A stretch of DNA of 37,277 nucleotides from Macrostomum lignano (taxonomy: Eukaryota), in NCBI GenBank assembly GCA_002269645.1, contig NIVC01003147.1:1-37277 (forward strand). The letters run 5' to 3'. The position numbers were made by a program, and so were the translations under genes. Shown piece by piece: positions 22,127 to 33,866 of the stretch; position 1 is the first letter of the stretch; each line of letters starts with the position of its first letter. Under the pieces are notes generated by a model. It saw only the letters and a program-made list of their open reading frames with translations, made no database searches and had not been told where the DNA came from.

Positions 22127-22238
22127 TTCACACTGCCATCAAAAAGGTCGTGTGAGCACCACAACTTTTACATTAAATTGGATTTGTACATTTGACCGTG
22201 TGATTCGATGGGCCATTTGATAGCAGTGTGAATAAGCC
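22127..22238. mobile_element. Small MITE-like inverted repeat
   Basis: ttcacactgccatcaaa (22127-43) versus tttgatagcagtgtgaa (22216-32), 1 mismatch. Terminus resembles that at 10717. Confidence 0.45.
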
Positions 22239-22465
22239 TTTATTCAACTTTCTTCTCTGTTTGCGCAGGAAAACTATAGAGCAGCTACGTGAATAATTGA
22301 GAGAGAGTCCTGGGCACGCACGGCTTCCGAAGTTATCAGACTCGACCTCGATGGGCCAGAGCAAAGCAGTGAGTCGGCGGGAAAGGCACTGGGGGCATCA
22401 CAAACCCCAATTATGGCAACTCCGAAAAGCGCTTAATTCCCATCATAAACCTGAAATATCATAAT

Positions 22466-22573
22466 CCCGAAAAGTCACAAACCCGAAATATCATGACTCG
22501 CCGAAAGTTCTAGCGCTCGGCGTTTCTAGTTTTGTTTTCGGAATTATAATATTTCGGGTTTGTGATTTTCGGA
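22466..22573. repeat. Imperfect hairpin (foldback MITE-like)
   Basis: cccgaaaagtcacaaacccgaaatat versus atatttcgggtttgtgattttcgga. Confidence 0.55.
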
Positions 22574-23601
22574 TTTGAGCTACTAGTTCCGGTGAAAGCT
22601 AGCTATAACCTGGAATTGGAAGTTTTTTTGCATTGCTTCTTATCGCATTTCGTAGGAACCAACTGGAATTTTCAGTTTTAAGACGCTGCATGAAGCTGCG
22701 AGCTGTCGGAATGGCTGAAGCTGGCACTTCTTGCAAGGCGATTGCGCCGATTTGCGCGTCACTTCGGGCGCGCGCCGAAGACGATCCGGGCAGCTGCTGG
22801 TCAAGGACGACTAAAGTAACGTATATTTAAAGTATATTAAAGTAAAGTATTTAAAGTAAAGTAAAGTATAACGTATATTTAAGTAACGTACTTAAGTAGT
22901 CCTTGATGCTGGTCAAGTGGCAACGCGCCAGCACAGTTGCCATGGCAACTCTGGCCGACTTGGCAGCTGCCACAGGACCGCATCAACAGACTCGTGCTTA
23001 GCATGCCACGGCGACTTGCTACCCTGCTTCATCGAGGCGAACACGCGCTACTGACTTCTAGCGAGAGACTGTCTGCATGCATGTGCACTTTTGTGCGATT
23101 ACGATGCACTTTACTGCTGCAGCCTGCTGCTGAGATGCAGTAGCTGTTACGCAACTCTGCTGAGCCGGCCGTGGCACCCAGCAAGCTGCGCCAGGGGTAG
23201 GGGGGTTTAGCTGTTGCTGGGACTGTAGCTTCTGTAATATCTCAAGGATGAGAGGTCAGAACGTACAGTATTGGGGGGCTATTAAACCGAATTTTTTTTT
23301 TATGTACACATCCCATATTAGTATGTTCTATTCTTATACAATGTGCTGAATGTGTGCACAATAAGCATCACTTTTGTCGCCATTAAAACCATCAGGAATG
23401 ATGGGAATCACAACAGCTTCATGTGTATTCTCCATGGCTGAGATCTTTTTCTTCGTTTTCTTTGGACTGCAGAGTTTAATGTTTTGGTCTTCTAAAGATA
23501 GGAAATATTTTTGCGCCATGGATTCTATTTTATTGCAATCAGCTCGATTTGACTGAACATATTTTGTCTACTTTTTTATATGGCCAAGGTGAAGTGTTTA
23601 G

Positions 23602-24481
23602 GTAGACAAGACACCAGTGTAAGTGCTCAGGTAGACAAGACACCAGTGTAAGTGCTCAGGTAGACAAGAGACCAGTGTAAGTGCTCAGGTAGACAAGACA
23701 CCAGTGTAAGTGCTCAGGTAGACAAGAGACCAGTGTAAGTGCTCAGGTAGACAAGAGACCAGTGTAAGTGCTCAGGTAGACAAGACACCAGTGTAAGTGC
23801 TCAGGTAGACAAGAGACCAGTGTAAGTGCTCAGGTAGACAAGAGACCAGTGTAAGTGCTCAGGTAGACAAGACACCAGTGTAAGTGCTCAGGTAGACAAG
23901 ACACCAGTGTAAGTGCTCAGGTAGACAAGACACCAGTGTAAGTGCTCAGGTAGACAAGACACCAGTGTAAGTGCTCAGGTAGACAAGACACCAGTGTAAG
24001 TGCTCAGGTAGACAAGAGACCAGTGTAAGTGCTCAGGTAGACAAGACACCAGTGTAAGTGCTCAGGTAGACAAGACACCAGTGTAAGTGCTCAGGTAGAC
24101 AAGAGACCAGTGTAAGTGCTCAGGTAGACAAGACACCAGTGTAAGTGCTCAGGTAGACAAGAGACCAGTGTAAGTGCTCAGGTAGACAAGAGACCAGTGT
24201 AAGTGCTCAGGTAGACAAGACACCAGTGTAAGTGCTCAGGTAGACAAGAGACCAGTGTAAGTGCTCAGGTAGACAAGAGACCAGTGTAAGTGCTCAGGTA
24301 GACAAGACACCAGTGTAAGTGCTCAGGTAGACAAGACACCAGTGTAAGTGCTCAGGTAGACAAGAGACCAGTGTAAGTGCTCAGGTAGACAAGACACCAG
24401 TGTAAGTGCTCAGGTAGACAAGACACCAGTGTAAGTGCTCAGGTAGACAAGACACCAGTGTAAGTGCTCAGGTAGACAAGA
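23602..24481. repeat. 29-bp minisatellite, about 30 copies
   Basis: gtagacaaga(c/g)accagtgtaagtgctcag with one dimorphic base and no spacers. Confidence 0.95.
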
Positions 24482-24973
24482 CTCAGTGCCAAACAATTCA
24501 AACAAAGAAGCAACCCAGACAACTCAGGTAGATAAAATTAATTAAAGTCCACAGACGAAAATGACACTAGAATGTAGCAGCGACAGCGAAGTGCCAGTTA
24601 ACTACACCAGCAATTGCTTATATTATATAGTAATTAGTACACTTGCTCTCGTGTCAGACAGTAAAAAATAGCTAGCAGCATCCCCACCGCCCAGCAGAAA
24701 CTGGGCAGGGGAGACTTAACACAATTTAACGGCAATTTACATAACTGGAGAACAGTGCAGATCTCAGCATAAAGTACTGCATGCACTGTGGCTGAGCTGC
24801 GGTACAGTAAGGAATTGCAGATGCAGCTGGCAGGGTAAATGCTTGCGTCAGGGCACTGAGAGCTCGGCATTCCTTGGGTTAATTAAAGCCGGAAAAAGCT
24901 ATGCTTTGTTTTAATCAGCATCCTGACGTTGCCAGCAAAGAATGATTCGCGAGTTCAGTGACTGAATGGCTGC

Positions 24974-25015
24974 TCAGACGGCCGCTGCCGACTTGGCCAG
25001 AGGGTTCGAGTCCAT
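24974..25015 (-). CDS. Probable terminal coding exon of the RING-RRM gene (MDSNPLAKSAAAV*)
   Basis: Acceptor ccaactccgcag| in phase 0 matches the donor at 26564. GC3-rich codons, and an ATTAAA downstream. Not proven. Confidence 0.5.
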   Translation of the reverse strand: MDSNPLAKSAAAV

Positions 25016-25050
25016 CTGCGGAGTTGGGCAACGGGTGGGGCGGCTGCAGA

Positions 25051-25323
25051 ACTGGCTACTGGCAGTAGGATAAATGCGCATACTGGCTACTGGCAGTAGG
25101 ATAAATGCGCATACTGGCTACTGACAGTAGGATAAATGCGCATACTGGCTACTGACAGTAGGATAAATGCGCATACTGGCTACTGACAGTAGGATAAATG
25201 TACATACTGGCTACTGACAGTAGGATAAATGCGCATACTGGCTACTGACAGTAGGATAAATGCGCATACTGGCTACTGGCAGTAGGATAAATGCACATAC
25301 TGGCTACTGACAGTAGGATAAAT
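25051..25323. repeat. 31-bp minisatellite, about 9 copies (in the predicted intron)
   Basis: actggctactg(g/a)cagtaggataaatgcgcat repeated. Confidence 0.93.
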
Positions 25324-25798
25324 ATGGATGTCTTATAGTGGCATCCCCAATGGATCCAGGTTGCCCGGTGGATTTCTCTTTCCTTGTTCGGGTTGGCTTG
25401 TGTCTAATTACGACTCTTCATTGGTGGGCTCAGTTCGAGAAGTTTAATTGGGTTATATCTCCCTTTGTCTTGGCAAATAACGCCTCTTCTTTTTGCTTTT
25501 CGCTATTGGCTTAGACTATTCGTCTTGTTCACTAGGTGATTCTACCTGTCCAATGAGCATTCGCTCTTAGTTTCTAGCAAATAAGGAATGACCAGCAAAT
25601 TCCGCTTATTCAGTTTCTTTTTCGAAACGGGCTACTTCGGCTATTTTTTCGCTGTTGATTGGTACCCGAATTGGGGTATCAAGTCTCTGAGTAGTACCCC
25701 ATTTTGGAGGAGTAATACCCCATGGCATTCCAAATAGTTGAATTCTTGTAAAAAAATGTGAATCTGGCCACCGCCTTAAAGCACATGACTTCACTTCG

Positions 25799-25898
25799 CC
25801 TAAATTTCATACCGCCTAAATGTCACAACGCCCAAAATATTTGCACGCTCCTCCCCATTCAGTTTTAGGTGTCAAATTTAGGCGATATGAAATTTAGG
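25799..25898. repeat. Imperfect hairpin (foldback MITE-like)
   Basis: cctaaatttcataccgcctaaat versus atttaggcgatatgaaatttagg. Confidence 0.55.
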
Positions 25899-26564
25899 TT
25901 TTATGAAAGCGTCCATAAAGTTTGGGAGCTTCACAATTCCAACCCTCTCTCTGGTGGGGCTTCACAAGACCAAAACTTCATGAGACGGGAATTTCACAAA
26001 GTTAAAAATTCTGTATGGTCCTTGCTAAATTAAGTTTTCTATGGTGTGAAGTTCGGTCTATTCCCGTCTGGCTCAACCCCACGAGTGGATGTAGAAAGCC
26101 CCATGCCCAGCCTAGGCAGGATCCTGATTCACCGATTCACAGAAAAGAAAAGCTTAACTCGAAAAAAGTAATACCCATTCTGGGGTATCAATGGGCAAAA
26201 TAGTACCCCAAATCAGTTGGCTAATACCCCATGGGGTACTAATTGGGGTAAAAAACCATTGTTCGAACCAAAAGAAAAGGTTGCCTCTTTGGGCGCTAGA
26301 TTCACTTCTATTTATACTAAAATGAGGGGGGGGGGGTAAAGAAGCGCAAACAAAAAATAGAGAACCGTGAATACCTGGAAACTGCTGGGAATTCAAAATT
26401 GGCTCTCTCTCAATCCCTCACCCACCTTCATCATCCCTCACACAGCCTTATTACTCTCACCCAGCTTCATCACCCCACCAACTTAATCAACCCCCAAAAC
26501 CAACTTCATCATCCCACCACCCAGCTTCATCATGTCTCACTTAAAGAATCCGAGCCCAACTCAC

Positions 26565-28553
26565 CAGTCGAACCCGCAGCTCGGCGCTCCGGTACCGGGA
26601 CGTGTCCAGGGCCTGCAGGGCTTTCGCCGCGTTGGCCGCCGAGTCCATTGTGACGAATGCAAAGATGGCCGGCACCTCCGACTTCTTGCTGCCAACGATC
26701 TTGACGTTGACAACCCGGCCGTAGGCTGAGCACAGCTCCTTTGCGTCCGTGGCCTTCGTGCCCGGCGGTAGGCCGGCGATCCACAGGTGCCGCGTCTCCG
26801 CCTGGCCGCCTGCTGACCCCGCAGCCGCCGCTGCTTCAGTTGAGTCGGCAGCCTGAGTTCGAATCCGCTTCACGTCGGCGCCATCGCCCGGGTCGTCGGA
26901 GGGCGGCGGCGGCCGCTTTGCTGCAGTCTCGCCGGCCTCGGGCGGAGGCGGCGGAGGAGGCGGCGGCGGCGGAGACTCGGGAGGCGGCGGCGGCGGTGGC
27001 GGCTGCTGCTGCGAGGTCGGCACATTGACGCCGAGAGTGGGAAAGACGAACGGCTGCGTCTTGGCCGCGGCGGCGGTGGTGGCCGTGGTGGCAGAATTCG
27101 CCGAGACGGCAGCTGCGGCAGCGGCGGAGGCAGCAGCGGCGGCGGCAGCGTACTGGTACTGGGCCGCAGCGGGGGTCTGCTGCACCTGATACAGCTGGGT
27201 GTACAGGCCGCTCAGCTGGGCCAGCTCAGCCGGCGTGGCGGCTCCAGCGGCGGCCTTGGCGTAGAGCTGGCAGGCCAGCTGGTACACCGCGGCCGGGTCG
27301 CTGGGCTGGGCGGCGGCTTCTGGGACCGCGGGCTGCTGTGGCGCCAAGCTGGACGGCGCCGACAAGAGGCCAAGGCCCGATGATACGGCGGAGGTCGGCG
27401 GTGCGGCAGCGACGGTGGCAGCGGCGCAGGCAGGCGAGAGCTCAGCGGCAACGTGAGGCGAGGAGACGGCCGCCATGCCGGCGCCAGGACCGAGCAAGCC
27501 GAGCGACTTGGCGCCAGCGTGCGCGGCCAGGGTGGGCGGGTTGGGCAGCAGAGTTTTGCGCGGCCGCGACTGCTGCTCCCGCAACAGCTGGCCGACCATG
27601 TGGGCCATGGACTCCAACTGCAGGCGGGTCTCGGGCGGCAGCGTCATGGCCAGCAGGCGGCTCAGCGTCTCCTGCATGGCGGCCAGCGCCAGAGAGTGAT
27701 TGGCGCCGGGCGCGCGCTGGATTCGCTCTAGCGAGGCCATGAGGCCCTCCATAACGGCCGGGATGTTGGCCTTGCTGTAGTTCCGCTGCGCCTCCGCCTC
27801 CTGCAGCATGGCCTGCTGCTGCTGCAGCTCCTCAGCTGTTGGCGAGGCGGCGGCCTGCTGCGAGTGCTGGCGCAGCTGGTGCAGCGCGGCATCGATGCCG
27901 ATGCCGTTGCTAGGCAACGGGCCATCAGACGGCTGGGCTTCCTCGGCCTCCTCAGCCGCTTGCTGCTGCTGGGCCCGCCGCTGCCGACGGCGCCGCTCCC
28001 GCTTGAGCCGATTGCGGCGCTTGCGCAGCTTCTTGACGGCCTTGTCGTCCGCCTCGGCCAAGCCCGGAGGGTCCGGCATCCGCTCCAGCAGCTCGTCGTC
28101 CGTGTCGAAGTCGTCCACGGTGTTGCACGGGTGGCGCCGCTGGCACACGGGGCACTCCACCATCGCCGAGGTCTTCTTGCGCCCGCCCGGCTCACCGTCT
28201 GAGTCCGGCTCCTCGTCGCTGCAGTAGAAGGCGCGCGCCTCGGCGCAGTCCCGGTCGATGACGTCACCGCACGGCAGGCGGATTGGCCAGCGGATCGGCT
28301 CCTGGCAACAGGCGCAGCGGTACTCGTCTGGTACCGAGGCAGCCGCCGCCGCTGCCGCAGCCGCCGCAGCAGCCGCGCTGTCGACAAACTCTGGTGTCAT
28401 CTTCGGCGGCTGCGGGTAGCTCGCGCCGCTGTTTGACTTTTGGGCGGCCGCCACCGGCTGCTTCTTCGGCTGGGGCGGCGGCGGTGGCGGCGGCACGTCG
28501 TCGACGTCGGAGTCGACAATTTCGCCTTCCTCCACTGCGTCGTTTGCCAGCAT
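26565..28553 (-). CDS. Main exon of a protein with variant RING finger, basic coiled segment, Ala/Pro/Gln low-complexity region and C-terminal SAFB/SLTM-type RRM
   Basis: ATG at 28553 in GCCGCCAATG context. CACC-x11-CGDVIDRDC-x30-CPVC; KKLRKRRNRLKRERRRRQRR; RRM HLWIAGLPPGTKATDAKELCSAYGRVVNVKIV...FAFVTM. Donor CTG|GTGAGT at 26564. Confidence 0.8.
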
Positions 28554-28599
28554 TGGCGGCTGCTGCGGGGTTTGCAATAGACAATGACTAAATTAAAGA

Positions 28600-31500
28600 A
28601 TAATTTATTTGCCTACTGTTAGTAGGCAGTCGAGAATTTAAACAGATGCCATTCAAAATAATTGGCGAGACAGTGCAGCTGACCACAGATACCAGAACAA
28701 CAAGATGTCACTTGCAATTAATATTGTGACAAATTAAAACATCGATTCTTTTTCAGTAGTTTGTCTGCACTGTGTCACCTTAATTTAATGTGGCAGCTAA
28801 AATTTACTTGTACTTTTCTTCTTAAGAATTTGCGGCCTCAAGAGCATATGGCCTATGGGGTTAAGAATGAACAGCAATAATTCAACTCAATGTACACAAG
28901 TTAATGCCAAAGACAAAACTCAGCCTAGGGGGCTTAGCCAATGAGAGAGCCGTGGGGAGAGAGGTCAAATGACAAAGGAGAGTTAAAACTACTATGCTAT
29001 TAGTATTACTATTAGATAGAGGGATAAAATTATATTTTCTATTTTTCTGATGTAAAACTTATTAAATAGGGACACTAGGAAGACTATATTAACAACTGGG
29101 TTTTTTCTACAAATTGATACATATATTAAAATTTGGATCTTGGGTTTTGTCCTCCCTAAGATTAAAAAATTTGGATATTAGCTTTTAAAGGTCAATCAAA
29201 GTTGTTTACTTGCAAGTTTTTAGCCAAAAGAATTGCTTGGAAGTGGAAGAATAGGGCCAAGTTGTTAATCAAATTTAAAAGGCCCATTTTATTAGCTAAG
29301 AACTATTATTATAAAGGACTACTGATTAGTGATTGGTATAATTTGATTAAAAGCATTTAGCTAAATAATGGGATCTAAAGAAATTGTTTTTTAAGCTATG
29401 CCACCCATCTCATAGTTATGTTTTTTTCTAATAGCCTATCCATATTCATTTGTATATCAATAACTAATTAATTTCCTATAACTTCCTGTAACTTTGAATG
29501 ACATTAAATCTAATGGCAATAGTTTTTTATCATGATCACCATTTACTCATGGTTTAATGGCACCCTTATATAAATTTGCTGATTTGTATTTAAAGTGACT
29601 AGTTTAGTCTAGACCTAATGGGTATTAATTGATAAATATTATATTTTAATAGCAAAATAAGAAAGCCATCTATTTTCATGGGCTTTTTTTAACTAGCTAG
29701 ACTATATTTATTGTAACTTAATAGACTGCAGCTTTGAGCTATATTCAAAAAAGTATCTTTTTCTATTGACAATTTTTATATAAAAGGTACCTAGTGGTTT
29801 AATGCATAGGGTAGGCCCTATATATAACCTTTTATAGAATGTTTTAAAACAATAATTTATCTAGCTAACTTGCATTTTTATTTATTTCTATATACATTTT
29901 ATATAGTTTCTATAAGTTAAGGTATTGAAACAATGTATAGAAATACCACATATATGACAAATATTATTTTGGCATATACTGTGCCACCTAGGTTTTTCAC
30001 TAGTACTAAGGAACAAAATTATATCCAAGACTAAAGCCTAATCGCAAGGTATAAGATTTACTTTCATTTGTATACTAGGTATACTAGGAAAAATGCACTT
30101 CTAGGCTAAAGACTAGTCTTAAATCTCCAAGTCCCTAGCTTACTCTATCATTAATATAAAAATTTACATAGAAAACAATTTTATGAAGCTTTTTTTGGTA
30201 CAGCTGTTAGTTATCTTTAATGAATTTATAATGTATTTAAAAAATAATAATTTAACTATATACTCATGACTTAACACTACATAAACTTTCCTATTCATTT
30301 TTTTTAAAAATACTAAAATTTTCATAATTCAAATGTGATTTTTTATGCTTGTACAAATAATAGTGACTTAGGGCAGCCTCTTCTAGGTTAAGTATAAGTA
30401 TATAAATGCTATATAGTACATGCTGTATACCTAAATTTAGGCTTTTGTGTGCCAAAAGGCTTTAAATATATACCAGAAAATTCTAGCATACAATGGAGCT
30501 AAAAATATGCTTGGCATATAATATCTAATGTAACACAATAGCCAAGCCATTTGTGCTATTGGGCTAGCATATTTTGTAGCCAAAATGCTAATAATGGTAT
30601 ACTAAGATTCTTTTTAAAATACATTTTTAATAAAAAATGATAAAACAAAAAAACAAAAAACATTAGACAACAATTATTATATATTCCCTTAAAGATTCCT
30701 GTCTAAAAAGAGCTTTAAAAAATTAAAAATAGACCTAAATTTAAGTTTAAATTTGGCATAACATTGCAATTTTGTTCTGTACATATATTATATGCTTTAT
30801 TTTTTCTACCATAAACTTGAATCTATGGCATAGGGTGTCATTTTTTCCAGGGTATTGTGCAACATATTTGAGAGTATGGGTAGGTAGGGCCTATGGGTGG
30901 CCACTAGGCTAAGAACCATTTTTTGATAGGGCCTATCTTCTTTTATTGGCATAAGTATCTTTTGACAATAGAAAAGGTAATTTATTGTCGCAATTGCACT
31001 TAGGCCTAGAATAATCTAGACAATAGCCCCTTTTATCTGTAATGCTGGGGTAATAACCCCAAATGGAAAAGCAAGGGTGTGGCACTGTACCAATTGGCAA
31101 TTAAAACATAATCATAAACCCTAGACTTAATTGCCAATGCAATTAGAAAAAGTTGTTAAGCTGTTTTACTCTTATAGGCCTAACTGTACATTAAGATCAG
31201 ATGAAAGAAAATGCAGCACAGCAGACAAAATGCTCATCGAGCTATTTCACAGAAAAAATGATAGCAGATGAATTGGCAGCAGAAAAATTGACAAGATAGC
31301 AAATAAAAGTCTAATCAAGAAAGCCAATACAAGTTAACTAGCCTAATCTTTTGCCACAATTAAATTAGACACAAACTATACTAGGCCAAATCTAGGCAAA
31401 TCTAGAAAGTAGAAGTCAAAAATTATTGCACTATAATATTCTATTTATATGATATCAAATAGGTCTACCTTCAACTTTTCTATAGATAGACAACAGAAAT

Positions 31501-33537
31501 ATTTATTTTGTCTTAGTTAGTGAGTTTGTTAGGCCGAGCAAATGCAGTTTAAGAACAATAGAACTTGTAACGCTTACGTATATTTTTAAACAAATTTTAA
31601 ATTTAGATGTCCATATTTTATCGTTTCTGCAATAACTGGAAGTATTAAACACCTAATTGTTACGTTTCAAATAAGTTAAATAGGCTAGCTTCAATAAGGT
31701 TCTCCAGTTGACTCAAAATTGATTTCTTAGAAAGGCATTAATTTAAAAAACCAAAGTAGCAGATCAAATTTAATATTAACTGTTAGCTTATAAAATAAAC
31801 ACGACAGCACGTGAGATACCAGTAAAAAGAATAGACCAAATAAAGACTAAGTAAATAAATGTACAGTTAGCACGTCTATAGATGTGTAGCTTCAGTTCCT
31901 AACTTTCCTGACTTTTTGCATGCATTTTTCATAGTTTATTCGTAATTCATTACACATCGAAATAATGTGAAGCAAGAGGACGTGATGCCTATTAAAAAAC
32001 AAGGTGAGCTACCTTGTTATAGTTATATCATTAAGAACAAGCACATTTTTACCCCAACTATTTTAGTTCCATTGGTATAAGCTAGAATTTTGGTTGCTTT
32101 ACATTTCTGTATTTATCTTTGGTTTTGGCTTTGACACTGAATTTTAAACAAAACGAACCAAAATGTGTTTACTAAAGTATACATTAGTAAAAGTATAGCT
32201 TTATGCTTAAAGTTTAAGTCGACTAATAAATTTTACATCTAAAGTTATAAATAGTACTAGTGATGACCTTTTTGGCTTTTTAAGTCCCACCTCTAGAGCT
32301 GACTATTATGAGAGACTATTATAAGTTACTTCAGCAACTTCCTATACTAGGTAAACCATTGCTCCATTAATACACTGTGTAATGCTGCTTTTAAGGCCTC
32401 CACAGTTTAAAGACTTTTAAAGGCTGCCACTATTTAAGTCTATATAGGCCATGTCAATAATTTCAATTTTATCCACATGGATCCATGTCAATAATTTTCA
32501 GCTTATCCCCACAGCTAAGATTGTGCAGTTGTTTGTGTTTTTTTGTGTATTGACATTAAATTGATATTGTCATTATTATTAGTAATATTAACATTATTAT
32601 TATATAGGCCTACTAAAAGTTGAATTTTGCAAGTCTCATTTGCCTCAATTTTTGGGTCGTTTCGTCATTCTAAGTAAAGCTGGCAGCTAAGCAAATATTT
32701 AAAATTAACCCTTTAATAATGAAAATTTTAACAAAGTACTCGATACTATTCAGTATTCAATATATTTAGTTTATTTGGAAGATTTGTAAAACAGTGAAAA
32801 CAAAAGATGGTATTTGAACAGATTCATTTTAAGGCTCTTTATTCCAATAAGCTACTGTGAGGATAGCTGGAAATTATCAACATAGATACATATAGATAAA
32901 ATTGGAATTATTGACATGGCTTATAAACTTAAATGGTGGCAGTTATTTCAATAAGCTATTGTGGGGATAAGCTGGAAATTATTGACATGGATCCATGTGG
33001 ATAAAATTGGAATTATCGGCATGGGACCGTGGGATACGCATTTCCTTTAATTTTAGTAATGGATATTATGGCTAGTCTAGGCCTAGTCTTTTTTGCCAAG
33101 AAAGAAAGAGATAAAGAAAGAGATAATGATTTTATAACAGTAAATAAGGGCTTGTATCTATGTAATAAGATTTAAAAAATTTTTTTTATTAAATGATTTT
33201 TATTTGTCTGAACTTGCTATTTGTTTTTTTTTCTATATAGTCCAAAGACTTTTCTTTACTCTTTATTTCTTTTTATTTTTTTGCAGGTTTGCTTTGTTAT
33301 CTTCAATTAAGGAACAACTTTTAAAATATTGAATAAGAATGTCTAAAAAGATTTAGGAAACTTTGTCTATAGCAATTATTATCCTGAATCTCAAATACTT
33401 TTATTTTTAGATCTGGATAGACTTTGTTTTTTAGATATTATTGCAAAGGTTTTGTCTATTCTATCTGTGCAAAATATTTTTATTTAGATAAAAGAGCTAA
33501 AAATGAAATAGCATAGAAATTGGTTAAGTACAAAATC
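28600..33537. other. AT-rich, strongly CpG-depleted, TpA-rich eroded domain (left part)
   Basis: By eye no CG between about 28953-30042 or 30045-30987, while GC dinucleotides are common. No long ORFs. Confidence 0.7.
32424..33024. repeat. Decayed foldback / tandem repeat set
   Basis: Left arm 32424-32513 is the inverse of 32856-32942, with a further direct copy at ~32945-33024. Differences are almost all transitions. Confidence 0.8.
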
Positions 33538-33866
33538 TACCTTGCCCCTATTGGAATAAGTTGACAAAATGCAGATGACCGTCCGTCGCATTTTTGGATT
33601 CTCCTGGTGTCGCGTCGCGCGACAGTGGTGTCAAGTGGTGTGTCGCGTCGCGCGACACTGTGGAAACTTGGTGTCATCATGCATTGTGTCGCGCGACACG
33701 ATACAACGAGACACGAAAGTGTGGCAACTTGGTGGCTGGTGTCGTCATGTGTCGCGTTGCAGCCTAGATCTGCAGCCAAAACCTCGCAAACTGTGTTTCA
33801 TTGTAATAATATGTTCACGGTTGTTTCTCGGTATTTAAATGTTTCAAACATGTTTGATAAAAACTA

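Noticed and set aside
23602-24481. CRISPR-like array (29-bp repeats; similarly 3995-5145 and 25051-25323)
   Set aside because: Units are head to tail with no unique spacers, there are no cas genes, and the context is eukaryotic.
25003-25013. Perfect Pol III B box GGTTCGAGTCC
   Set aside because: No A box or cloverleaf; it overlaps the predicted terminal exon on the other strand.
26565-28553. Assigning the symbol SAFB/SLTM or RBBP6
   Set aside because: Only the RRM resembles SAFB and only the RING loosely resembles RBBP6; the overall architecture matches neither.
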